From: Octopus bimaculoides
Lineage: Eukaryota
Reading direction: 5' to 3'
Assembly: GCF_001194135.2 (NCBI RefSeq)
Contig: NC_068981.1
Span: forward strand, 19,547,980-19,606,354
Length of the DNA: 58,375 nt
Shown here: positions 10,331 through 22,819 of the stretch, in pieces
Position numbering within the stretch: the stretch's first letter is position 1
Layout: every line of letters begins with the position of its first letter
The notes under the pieces: generated by a model
Databases searched by the model: none
Seen by the model: the letters and a program-made list of their open reading frames with translations, nothing else
Told to the model about the DNA's origin: nothing
Translations under genes and position numbers: made by a program

Positions 10331-11020
10331 TCTATACATGTAACCAATTGTGAGCATATCCGCACATGGCTATTAATGCACCCATCCGGGATCTTTTCGG
10401 TTTGGGTGCCAAGATTTCAAAACTCAAAATATGTTGAAAATTTTAATATTTGGTACATTAATGTAGTTTTTCCAGCTGAATTGTTGGAGTTATTTCACTT
10501 TTTCCAGAATTTCTTTTTTTTTAAAGTTATAGCGGTTTAAAGTCTGATCATTTTCATCCAGTCAGGAAACAGGATTTGAAAGCTCACATTTTGTCAACAT
10601 CCTGAAAATAGCACTTGTGTTTTTATATGAAACTGTAAACAAATGAATTATGCATGACATATAACTCCTCATTACTTTTTTTAATTTTTGGAGTTTTCAG
10701 AAAATTTTTGCGAATTTGTATTTTACACGCTGGACTTCATACGATTATGCCAAAAAAGAAAATTGTGGGAGTGGTTGATTTAAGGCTTATTTAGCTGTTA
10801 TTTTTAGCACACCTCGCAACCACCTCAAGAACAAAAAAATACCAGTAAACAACACGTATTTTGTAGTTTTAAGCATTCAATATGCATTTAATGTGATTAG
10901 CAGCACATTACAAATTAAATATTTCTCAAAATAAGAAACTTATAGCACAAACTTAAAAGATTTATCCCAAAACAAAATAGCACATTACAAATTAAATATT
11001 TAAACGATTAAATATCTCCA

Positions 11021-11357
11021 GGCTTAAGTGGATAACAGAGCAAGTCCTCTGCACATACCTCCATAACACATTTCTTATAATCAACAGCTGTGCAATGGTT
11101 CATCCTTAGTTCTTCAATACAAACCGGACTGAGTAAAGGAAAAGCACTATAGTCCTAAGAGAAAGGGTGCCACCTTCAAACCATGTGTCTTTCCTCACTG
11201 ACACAGACTGCATGCACCCTTGGCGCGTGCATCACCAATACATATTTCCACCACGTTTTCTTGTACCTATAAAAGGCTTCTCCGTTTTGCATAATTTTTT
11301 GGCGGGTACAACACCCTTTTCTTGCAAGTACGAAACCACATCTTCCTCTGGTGCGTG
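11021..11357 (-). pseudogene. Merlin (IS1595-like) transposase N-terminal fragment
   Basis: ..YW*CTRQGCMQSVSVRKDTWFEGGTLSLRTIVLFLY, then after a frameshift EELRMNHCTAVDYKKCVMEVCAEDLLCYP. This resembles the region upstream of the ISXO2-like DDE domain. Confidence 0.7.
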
Positions 11358-11899
11358 ATCTAAGGCCTATTTGGCTGCTATTTTGTTAGCACATATGACA
11401 ACCATCTCTATGACTGGAACATATTAGTCAACATTCTCGCAGACAAAAGAGTTCTCATGTTTGGATTGTTACTATGGAAACAGGCATGAATGTGTCTGTG
11501 CCTTACGATTGACTAAAATAACCCAAAGTTTTCAAACATTAATAGCTAATAACTATTTATTGATTTATGACGAAAATGATTTTCATGGCATTGATTAGCC
11601 TATAAAAGTGTTTCATTACACTTAATATGAAATCAATTCGATCAGAAATTGACCTTGGCAGCCAAACAGAAAAGATCCCCTTGGTAGGTACTAACCAACG
11701 TGGCTATATGCTTATGTTTGTGTCTATTTATGAGATATATGTGTGTCGCTATACCTGGACTTATGAACTGATATAAACACCGATACATATATCTATATAT
11801 GAATGTATATACGGGTATATCTTTCTAACAAAGTACACGTGTACCCTTGTATATGTCTGTGCTTGTATATTTCTACACACGCTATAAATATATATGTAT

Positions 11900-12007
11900 A
11901 TGGTTCTGGGTTCAGTCCCACTGCGTGACACCTTCTACTACAGCCCCGGGCCGACCAAAGCCTTGTGAGTGGATTTGGTAGAGGGAAACTGAAAGAAGCC
12001 CGTCGTA

Positions 12008-12085
<78 letters not shown>

Positions 12086-12300
12086 TGTGCGTGTATATGT
12101 TTGTGTGTCTGCGTTTGTCCCCCCAACTTCGCTTGACAACCGATGCTGGTGTGTTTACGTCCCCGTAACTTAGTGGTTCGGCAAAAGAGACCGATAGAAT
12201 AAGTTCTAAACTTACAAAGAATAAGTCCTAGAGTCGATTTGCTCGACTAAAGGCGGTGCCCCAGCATAGCCGCAGTCAAATGACTGAAACAAGTAAAAGA
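11900..12300 (+). mobile_element. Family A SINE (head partly truncated) with expanded internal (TA)n
   Basis: B-box GGTTCAGTCCC, a CORE-like segment, an (AT)n centre and the 3' body ending GACTGAAACAAGTAAAAGA. Confidence 0.9.
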
Positions 12301-13217
12301 GATATGAGTGTGTTGTATGTGTGTGCATGTGTGTATGTGCGTGTATATATACATGTGTGTGTACACGCGTGTGTGTGTGTGTGTGTGTGAGTATGCGCAT
12401 ATGTTCACGTGTGTACTTATGCGTGTACGTGTGTGTGTCGGTGTATGTGTAAATATAGACGGATGCGTCTATGTACATACGCCGAATGGCACGAGTGCGT
12501 ATAAAAGTGAGTGCATGTCCGTGTATATGTGAGTATGTACTTGTCTGAGTCTATATAGGTGGAGGTGTGAATCGACAGGATGAGTGATGTGTGCCCGTAT
12601 GTATGTATGTGTGTGTGAGTGCATATGTGCTTGTGGGTGTGTGAGTGCATATGTGCGTGTATATGTACATGCGCAAACGCACATATGTATATATATATAT
12701 ATGTGTGTGAGTGCGTCTCTGTCTGTGTGTCCGTGTACGCAGTCATCAAGTCTAAAGACGGGAATCACACCCACCACCAAATTCTTGACCACGCCGTCAT
12801 GCTTGACTGCCATAGCCAGCCATCAAAGGTCTCCACACGCTTTAGGGTCTTTCAGTCCAATGCCGTAAACACCCACTCCCATTTGCATTATTTTTTATCA
12901 GCCACTTCCTGTCCACGAACATAAACACCCTCACCCCCCATTCACATTAGATTCTTTGTATTTTTTGTTTTTTAATCAACCACTTTCTGACCCCAAATAT
13001 CCTCACTTATCATTAATGGTGCGAAACTGAGTAATACCATTTGGCTGATAACTGATGAAGAATTCGAGACCTTCTGTGTCTGTCTCTCATCCAGTCGTAC
13101 ACTCAGTGTACGTATACGTTTTTTACCTGTCGTTGTTTATTTACAATACATTTTTTTCATTTATTAAGTAGCGGAACGCAACGCACCACGACAGTAAGTT
13201 ATATATTTATATATATA

Positions 13218-13308
13218 CTAGCAGAAATACCCGGCGTTGCCCGGGTTAAAGAGAATAATGGAATCTAAAAACGCCGTCTAGACTACGCATCATCTTTATA
13301 TATAGAGA
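13218..13308 (-). mobile_element. 91-bp mini-Helitron
   Basis: Minus strand: A|TCTCTATATATAAAG ... hairpin ACCCGGGCAACGCCGGGT (13229-13246) ... CTAG|T. It sits between A and T with no TSD. Confidence 0.8.
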
Positions 13309-13429
13309 TGTATATATACACACACGCACCCAAACACACGTATATATATGTATATCAATATAAATATATGAAAGTCAATGAAGTTTCGTAAAAGAAGGTG
13401 ATCATGTACATACTTTCTTGCTGTTGTGA

Positions 13430-13583
13430 TTATAACACCTCATTGTAAACTATGTTCCTTGTTTTCCCTTGTGGAGCATATACAAATAGGTTTTTTGTTG
13501 CTGCCCACTCTTGAGCAGCCAACATACAGTTGTCCATGTGAGAAGCAGGGCTCTTCCAAGAGAAGACCAGCTACAGACAGTGT
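13430..13583 (-). pseudogene. Helitron RepHel (PIF1-like helicase) C-terminal fragment
   Basis: TLSVAGLLLEEPCFSHGQLYVGCSRVGSNK, a +1 frameshift in an A-run, then NLFVYAPQGKTRNIVYNEVL*. This is the classic helicase motif VI HGQLYVxxSRV. Upstream is an N gap. Confidence 0.9.
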
Positions 13584-14479
13584 TNNNNNNNNNNNNNNNN
13601 NNNNNNNNNNNNNNNNNNNNNNNNNNNNNNNNNNNNNNNNNNNNNNNNNNNNNNNNNNNNNNNNNNNNNNNNNNNNNNNNNNNNNNNNNNNNNNNNNNNN
13701 NNNNNNNNNNNNNNNNNNNNNNNNNNNNNNNNNNNNNNNNNNNNNNNNNNNNNNNNNNNNNNNNNNNNNNNNNNNNNNNNNNNNNNNNNNNNNNNNNNNN
13801 NNNNNNNNNNNNNNNNNNNNNNNNNNNNNNNNNNNNNNNNNNNNNNNNNNNNNNNNNNNNNNNNNNNNNNNNNNNNNNNNNNNNNNNNNNNNNNNNNNNN
13901 NNNNNNNNNNNNNNNNNNNNNNNNNNNNNNNNNNNNNNNNNNNNNNNNNNNNNNNNNNNNNNNNNNNNNNNNNNNNNNNNNNNNNNNNNNNNNNNNNNNN
14001 NNNNNNNNNNNNNNNNNNNNNNNNNNNNNNNNNNNNNNNNNNNNNNNNNNNNNNNNNNNNNNNNNNNNNNNNNNNNNNNNNNNNNNNNNNNNNNNNNNNN
14101 NNNNNNNNNNNNNNNNNNNNNNNNNNNNNNNNNNNNNNNNNNNNNNNNNNNNNNNNNNNNNNNNNNNNNNNNNNNNNNNNNNNNNNNNNNNNNNNNNNNN
14201 NNNNNNNNNNNNNNNNNNNNNNNNNNNNNNNNNNNNNNNNNNNNNNNNNNNNNNNNNNNNNNNNNNNNNNNNNNNNNNNNNNNNNNNNNNNNNNNNNNNN
14301 NNNNNNNNNNNNNNNNNNCTCTCTCTTTCTCTCTTTCTCTCTCTGTGAAAGTATCTGTCACTACAGTATCGAAATGTGATTGTTTCAGTTAGTGGAATAC
14401 TTTCATTTTTAAAGTGAAAGTATTTGACACGAGTGTTTTTGTTTCACTTTTGACACGAGTGTTTTTGTTTCACTTTTGA

Positions 14480-14695
14480 CACGTAATACTTAAATAGTGG
14501 AGGAGATATTATGTTGCCGTGTGCTCGAACTCTGCAAGAAGTTAATAATTTTTTTTGACTAAAACACAACTGGAACCCTAAGTAAGGCATGTGTAAAATT
14601 TGAATGAAATTGGTTGCGTAGTTCTCGAGTTTTAGGGATTCACACAGACAGACAGACAGACAGACACGCATTCTCATTTATATATATATATATGA
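14480..14695 (-). mobile_element. Helitron 5' terminal region with (CTGT)n
   Basis: Minus strand TCATATATATATATATAAATGAGAATGCGTGTCTGTCTGTCTG..AACTACGCAACCAATTTCATTCAAATTTT, typical of animal non-autonomous Helitron 5' ends. Same strand as the helicase fragment across the gap. Confidence 0.65.
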
Positions 14696-15672
14696 AAGAA
14701 GGTTTGAAAATGCACTTATCTTAAAGATATTTATATCTTAAAGATATATATATATATACATATATATATAATATTATTAGTGATAAAAATCCAAAATTAC
14801 AGGTAAAAACTCAATTAAAATCAATTTATTAAAAATTAAAATTAAATTAAGTTTCACAGTATAAAATATATATAAATATACAGTTTTAGGGAAAAGAACC
14901 AAGGTTCCTGAACTCATCGATGAAAATCCACTGTCACATATAGAAAAATTAATAAGTAAAAGCACAATAAATAGGTATAATATAATATTATACTTAAACT
15001 ATATGTATATATATATATAATGCAAATGGGAGTGGGTGTGGGTGTTTATGGCATTGGACTGAAGGCAATGTCAAAAGGCCTATGACAGTATAAACAATAT
15101 TATTTCTTCTTTCGCCAAGAAGCCAGTGACAGCACGTTGCTTCTTAGAATCCATTAAAATAGACAAAGGGTTAATCTATCGATATGATCAATTCGGACAA
15201 CCTATATCAGTTAATAAAAAAGTGTATGCCTATTTTTGCAATACTTTCGGCAGAACCCACGTATATGGCTATGTTTCGGGTTGAGCCGTCTGTTTTTATT
15301 AACAGCGGCAAGACATCTCGGTGAAAATGACTATTTGATCTGCTTATATGTCTACTACGTAAATTTACACGTAATAGATCATAAGTTGATACTTTGTGGA
15401 CGGAGATCCTCGCTAGTAGGCCGCTGGTGTTAAATAAAGTGATAAATACTTACTGTATGCAGATTTTTCGCCTCAGTTCTATGAAGCTATTAGATTCGTT
15501 GAGAATATGAGCAGATTGGCTAACTGATTCTCTAGAATTGGTCAGATAATGAACCCAATAAGGTTCGATTAAGATTCTTCACTCATTTCTCTTTCCGTCT
15601 ACAGAGAAATAGTTCAATTTGCCTTGTTTGTACGTCTGCTACATAGGTTATACACACATATGTATACACACA

Positions 15673-15748
<76 letters not shown>

Positions 15749-15790
15749 TGTCTGTCTGTGGCCTTGTGGCTACACTCAAGATCACAATAT

Positions 15791-15831
<41 letters not shown>

Positions 15832-15918
15832 GGTTCAGTATCAGTTCAGCTAAAAAGAATAAGGATTTTGGCATTTGAATATAATACTGAAGTGTGTGCT
15901 TTGAAGCGGTTCCAAACT

Positions 15919-16345
15919 GAATATTACTGCTATTATATGGCAGTGTAACATGGACATTGACGAAGAAATTATCAAACGGGTAAAATGGATGCTACACAAG
16001 GATGCTACGAATGACCTTAAATGTGAAATGACAGCACATATAACAAATGACTGCTTTATGGAGACCTGCCGAAAATTAGCGAGATCAGACAAAGACGGCT
16101 GCAACCATCTGGTCACAGCATGTGCCACCTTGAGGTGGCAGTATCCAAATTAGTCTTGTGGAACACACTTCATGGTGATGTAAGAAGAGAAAAAAGGTCG
16201 TCACACTTACATTGACAATTTGGTTGTAGACATTGGCCTGCAATGTATCAAGGACATCGAGGCAGTGATGATGGACCGAGAAGTGTGGCGGGTAGATTTT
16301 GTTGTTGCGGCCTGGGTTGGAATCCGGCCATAATAATAAATAATA
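15919..16345 (+). mobile_element. RTE-clade LINE 3' fragment, degraded
   Basis: LLYGSVTWTLTKK..GCYTRMLRMTLNVK..LYGDLPKISEIRQRRL..SKLVLW..YIDNL..MMDREVWR, followed by a (TAA) tail. Confidence 0.85.
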
Positions 16346-17479
16346 AATGGCAGGTTGTGCGAGCATTCCTGCCTGCGTATTCTTGTACAGTAGCTGACCA
16401 GGTCAACACTTCTGAGACTGGCGTGAAACTGAGAGAAAATAGAACTAAAATAAAAAAATAATATATATTATTAATCAACTGCTGGACTTAAATACAAAAG
16501 ACAAAAACACGTTATTTCAACATATTTTATTCTACAGATCTATTTAAATAGGTAGAATGTATAGTTTCTTCATAAAACCGTTGATTTATACCACTTCATT
16601 GTTTCCCCTTCATTTTGCAATATTTTAGTTAATTACTACATTATTTTTTTCATGTGAACATTTTATTTCCACATTTTTCGTTAAATGCTGTAGATAGTTA
16701 AGGTATAAAGAGAAGATGACCAAACCAAAGACGTGAAAAGCGTTGAAAAACGATTTAATGCAGGAAATATAAACATTTGTGACACATTAGAAACAGCAAA
16801 AAAAAAAAAAAAAGGTGACGACTAAAATGTTCAAGCAAAATAAAAATTCAAAGTGGCAAATAAAAACTGTAACGGCATATAAAACTGTTCAGTAGAAGTG
16901 TGTTTGAAATAACGTGTTGAAAATCTGTTTGACACAAAAATAAATACAAGATATTGTATTTATGTTTAGACAGAGTTCAAAAGTTCAGGTTTAAAATGCC
17001 ATCTGAAAAACATCGTATCTGAATCTATGTAAACGTGTTTTGTTCTTGATTAGTGTGCCTATGTATATTTTGTGTGTGCATGCTGTGTGTGTGTTTGAGT
17101 GTGTGTGCAAGGGGCTATAAGTGGATGGAGAAATCTGTACATAGGGCAGGGAACATGAGGAGCCAAAGAAGGGCCTGTATTTGATGGGCTCCTTCCTCAA
17201 GAAAAATAAAACTGCTCGTAATCCGTTTTGATTTTGAAAGGACATTTTCCCTTTCTGATGAGGCTCCAAAATAAGCAACCTTGTTCCACCTGGCAAAATT
17301 TCTCTTGAAGGCCCTGTGTATGTGTGTGTGTGTGTGTGTTTGAGAGAGAAAATACAGTATGAAAATGACATGAGACATAAAGTTCGCCGGGTATTAATGT
17401 GCCCTCCACTGGATAGAAAAATCCTCCACCATTTCTATCGTATCTTCTGACATACAAACTGAATTTTTCAAACCAAAAT

Positions 17480-17648
17480 TTACAGCCAAAAAAAGGGTGA
17501 GTCGACTAATACACCAAAACGACTTTGGAGGATCAATAATTCCACTCTAAATACAGTAGAATTTAGATAGATAGTGATGACGCTTCAATGTTTATAATAC
17601 ATATTAACACTATATAAAAGGTCGACTTGTATGACGGAAAATACGGTA
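17480..17648 (+). mobile_element. pogo/Tc1-type DNA transposon right end
   Basis: GGTCGACTTGTATGACGGAAAATACGG|TA terminus with a subterminal GTCGACTAATACAC repeat. A left-end counterpart TA|CCGTATTT occurs at 48147. Confidence 0.55.
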
Positions 17649-17834
17649 GTTCGCCCAGTCGGAGAAAAGCCTTCAGGATTCGGTTTGAATATTTTGGCGC
17701 AAAAAATAAGTGTAATTCGCCGTTGGTCAAGGAAAAAGTCACCGACTTGCTGAAAACAAAGAGGTCGATCGAGCTATTTCTAATAATTCTTTCAAATGAA
17801 AGCAAAAAACTTGAATTAAATGGTGAGGGAAGAG

Positions 17835-18010
17835 GTCAGTCGATCATATTGGCGTCTCTACTTGTCAAGTACTTTATATTATCGATCTTGAAAGGATGAA
17901 CAACAAGGTTATTCTCGACGAAATTTGAACTCAGAACACAAAAAGCTGGAAGAAATACCGCGGAGCATCTTTTCTGTCGAACTAATGATTCTGCGAATCT
18001 GCTCAAACTC
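17835..18010 (-). mobile_element. Family B SINE
   Basis: GATCTTGAAAGGATGAA..GAAATTTGAACTCAGAAC, matching 257-491. Confidence 0.7.
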
Positions 18011-18059
18011 CTAACCCAGTTTGAATGACGTAAGTAACTACTGTCTCGAGTCCTAGGAC

Positions 18060-18290
18060 TCATAGGGTTGGTTACTCGGCTTCCATCGCGTATAAGTTAC
18101 TGAGATTACAACATTCTTCAGGGGTCAATCCGTCGAAGGGTTACTCATTTGCATCTGAGTGGAGTGGAACAACCAGAAATAAAGGGCTTTGCTCAAGAAC
18201 ACAACACTCCACCAGCTACGGGGATCGAAATTGCGTTCTTGCGATCGTGAGCGTAACGCCCTAGCCACTAGGTCACGTGTCTTCACTTTA
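18060..18290 (-). mobile_element. Family C SINE, diverged
   Basis: TGCTCAAGAACACAAC..GGGATCGAAATTG..CCACTAGGTCACG matches the family C head and core. Confidence 0.6.
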
Positions 18291-19099
18291 CAAACAACAT
18301 TATTGCAAATAACTTCGTTCTGTGTAGAAGACATCTGGTTAGCAACATCATAAATAGTTATCAGTAGATACATATATATCTACTTCACCTGAATTTCAAC
18401 ATGTCTGTCTCGAATCAGTAAAAACTGAACTTTTCCGTTGTTTCCTAAGTTTTAATGAGTAAGGAAGTAAAATTATAACTATTTAAGGAAAGAATATTTG
18501 CCTGCCTAGCGTCTATACATAGAAGACAGTTTGTCTCCGCTAAATAATTCATAATTTATATCAATATTTAATAATCAATATCGCACGAAGCAGCTTTGAA
18601 TAAAATGTATCAGAGTAAAGTCATGTTTGACACGTTTAACTGTAACGGGTGTGATAAGACCTATCGCTGCACATACAAGCGCTTCGTGTGACATTAATTA
18701 CTTATTTGCAGCTTAATCAAGCGACTTGCACATCAGCGAATACTCCATTTACTCTTTTCATATGTATAACTCAACACTTAGCAGGCCATGAGAGACCGGG
18801 TTAGTTTTCGTTACTGACGAAGTGAAATGACGCAGAAGTGCAACGATCTAATGACGCCACTTACAGCCCAAAACAAGATGTGTATTCATACATCGCTGGG
18901 TTGTATGTATGCACATCGTGAATTTTCTCATGAGGCTATTCTTGCAGCGATAGGTATTATCGCGTCCGATTGCAATTGATCTTGTTAGATATGACTTTTT
19001 TGCTGACAAATACATCACCGAGACAAATTATCATATAATGTGGACTAAGTATGTACCTTGTTAACGAGTATCCGTGTATGTATGCGCGTCTTTTATCTT

Positions 19100-19540
<441 letters not shown>

Positions 19541-19602
19541 CCTCGGTGTAAAAGTATTTAATCGGAATTCCAACCGTGCTCTAACAAAGAAGATATTAGC
19601 TT

Positions 19603-19825
19603 TAATAATAATCCTTTCTACTGGAGGCACAAGGCCTCAGATTTGTGGGGTGGGGACTAGTCGATTATATCGACTCCAGTGTTTCACTGGTACTTAATTT
19701 ATCGACTCCGAAAGGATGAAAGTCAGAGTCGACCTTGGCGGAATTTGAACTCGGAACGTAACGACGGGCGAAATACTGCTTAACATTTCATTCAGAGCGC
19801 TAACGATTCTGCCAGCTCACTGACT
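19603..19825 (-). mobile_element. Family B SINE, near full length
   Basis: TAATAATAATCCTTTCTACTGGAGGCACAAGGCC..GAAAGGATGAAAG..GGAATTTGAACTC..CTGCCAGCTC. Confidence 0.85.
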
Positions 19826-20234
19826 TATTAGCTTTAGTAACAATAATAATAATAATTCTAGTCAAATGGAATGAAAACAATTCTGAAATTTAAATTGGTT
19901 ACGAATTATATATATGTTTAGTGTACAGTAGCGAGTGAATCTGATCTTTGGTATATATGATAGCTCCGAACATTAGAATCCCAATGAGATAATATAAGGT
20001 TTGCTATTCGAAAATTTTTCAATTTTTCAGCAGTTTTAAAAACTGACATGAGAGTTTTCCCAGGATGCCTTCCACATCAACAGCATATCGTTATGTAAAG
20101 AGTTAATATATTCAATGCTGTGAAAAAGAAAAAGAACTATATAATTACACTACACCGACATTAAAATGCTAAATTATAAGCTAAAGAGACAAAAAATGAT
20201 TAAAAGTATATGCATACATACATACATGCACACA

Positions 20235-22733
20235 TACATGATGGGTGCCCTCTCGTTATCGAGTATGGCCATTGCACGAGGCTTAACTGTTATCGGTGTT
20301 GTGATCGAATGTGACTTTTTTAGCCCAGCTAAAGATCTACAATGTCTTGTACAGAATTGGCAGCTAAAGCCTTCACCGGCAATAGCCGGCTGTAGTTGTA
20401 ACTGGGCTTCATGTACCTTTGCATGTCGTTTAAGTCCTCCAGCCAAATTACACTCCCTTCTACATATCTGACAGATATGATTAGTATGGTGTGTAGCACC
20501 ACCACCAGCGGCCTGGTTGTCAATCATCTGCCTCGCTTTATGTCTACAAAGATGACTCTTGAGTCCAGCTTTACTGAGGCAGGGTCTTGCACAGACACTG
20601 CATGTCAGCATCATAGGAAAACCTTACCATCTGGAAGTGCAACAGCGATGTCCTTCCTGACATCCCTCCTTACTTTCTCATGCGCAACTCGAGATTTCTC
20701 AAAAGTAGCTGTCCCCTCGTGTACAATCCTTCTCCACCTGCTACGGTCAATAGCTATGCCCTCCCATGTATCAGGAGAGATGCAAGTATCTCTTAAAGAA
20801 GCCTTCAGCAAGTCCTTATACATCTTTTTTGGTTTATGAGGAGGTTGTTCTCCTTTAGCTAACTCTCTATAAAAGAGTTGTTTTGGCATCCTTGAATCTT
20901 TCATCCTGACCAGATGACTACTCTATCTGAGCCTTTGCTTTAACACAAGAGCTTCTACGCTTTCACACCGAGAGCTTTCCAATATTTCAAGATCATTGAT
21001 GCGGTCCTCCCACTTAATGCCATAGATCCGTCTGAGACACATCTGATGGAAACGTTCCAGTTGTTTAAGGTGGTATCGATATGTGACCCACGTCTCGCAG
21101 GCATAAAGAAGAGAAGAGGGCACACATGCCTTGTACACCTTTATCTTTGTCTTCCTGCATATGTCTCGCCGACTCCAGAGGCGCCTTTCTAGCCGTCCGA
21201 AAGCATCACTTGCTTTCCTAATTCTGTATGGAATTTCATTATCCAAATTGCTATATCTATTAACAGTACTTCCCAGGTAAGCAAAATGATCAACTACACC
21301 AAGTCGTTTACCATACACATAGATATTTGGTTCACTATACTGCTTACCAGGGACAGGTTGGTACATGACAACAGTTTTCTTGAGATTGACTGTCATTCCT
21401 AAGGCAGTGCAAGCATCAGAGAATGCATTCAAAATGTGTAGCATATCAATCTCTGTGTGCGTTATTAGATTACAATTATCTGCATACAAAAGGTCTCTTA
21501 TGATAGAGGTAAATATCTTTGTCTTTGCAGCAAAGCGCCTGATATTAAATATGCTGCCAGAGGTTCGATAATTGATGTAAACACCATATCTGCAGTTTAT
21601 GAATGCAATACAGAAAGCCATCGCAAAATATATGGCAAATAGGGTCGGTGCCAGAATATCCCCTTGCTTCACTCCATTTTGTATTGAGATGGGCTCCAAC
21701 ATTTTACCTCTAACATTAACCCTACCCTTCATGCCTTCATGAAAAGACCTACCCAAAGCAAAGACCTATCCAAGTTTCTAGAGGACTTTCCACAGTGCAT
21801 TTCTATTAACGGTATCAAAGGCTTTTGCCAGATCAACAAAAACCTGATATAAATCCAGACCCTGTTCCACAAACTTCTCCTGAAGTTGTGTAGCTGAAAA
21901 GATCACATCAGCAGTGCCGCGTCTCACACGAGAGCCAGATTGACTTTCTGGAAGAACACAATCTGCAACGTGTTTCAGCAGACGATCCAGATGTACCCTG
22001 CATAAAGCCTTTCCTACGACAGAAAGCAATGATATTCCCATATAATTACCACAATCATTCCTGTTGCTATTTCCCTTATATAAGACCACCATTACTGTAT
22101 CTCTCCAGTCCTCAGGTACAGACTCACTAGCCCATATCCTACCAAACAAAGAGTGAAGTTGCTGCAGAAGTTTCTCATCACCATGCTGTAACAACTCCGC
22201 ATGTATGCCATCCATACCCGGAGACTTCCCATCATTCATCCTTGAGACAGCCACTGCAACTTCTTCCAACTTTGGTGGTTCTGCAAAAGCAGCCCTCACA
22301 GGTAATCCAGGGATGAGATTGAGAACATCCTCACTAACTGCTGATTCAAAAGTTCGTCAAAGTGTTCTCGCTACCTTTGCAGAATTCCGTGTGAATCACG
22401 AAGAAGTTCTTTACCATCCCTGCTTCGAAGTGGTGTCATCAGAGAAGAAGTCTGTCCATAAACTTCTCGCAAGAGACCATACAACAGCTTTTGTGTTATT
22501 GGAATTCGTCGCTGCCTGTATCTCATCAGCCTTCTTACTCCACCACGTATCCCTCATCTGAAAGAGCCTCTGCCTCACGTGATTTCACATCCTTGAGTTC
22601 CCTGTGCAACACTTCTATCTCTTGTGGCTTTGCTGACCAATAGTGTGACGAAGTACGTCTTTTATCAGCCAATAAATCATCTATATGTTCATCCTTTTCT
22701 TTAAACCAATCTTGATGCTTTTTTTGTATCAAT

Positions 22734-22735
<2 letters not shown>
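20235..22735 (-). mobile_element. RTE-clade LINE, 5'-truncated: linker, RT and three C2H2 fingers
   Basis: KSPGMDGIHAE, GISLLSVVGK, DLAKAFDTVNR, GVKQGDILAPTLF, LYADN (YADD with D to N), HFAYLGS and LLYACETW. The 3' end is GGCCATACTCGATAACGAGAGGGCACCCATC followed by (ATGT)n. The 5' end abuts (GT)n. Confidence 0.95.
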
Positions 22736-22816
<81 letters not shown>

Positions 22817-22819
22817 TCA

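Noticed and set aside
9995-12924. Long ORFs rich in YI, CV, HT and YLSI repeats (also at 25.8-26.3 kb, 28-29.8 kb and 47.2-47.9 kb)
   Set aside because: They are translations of (TA)n, (TG)n, (CA)n and (CTAT)n microsatellites, which lack stops by construction.
13426-14392. ORFs of 180-470 aa spanning N runs (also at 33.8-36.6, 38.1-39.4, 41.3-42.2, 50.4-51.1 and 57.3-58.1 kb)
   Set aside because: Their length comes from N codons in assembly gaps.
14717-14747. Tandem short palindrome TATCTTAAAGATA x2
   Set aside because: It is short and AT-rich next to (TA)n, and expected by slippage.
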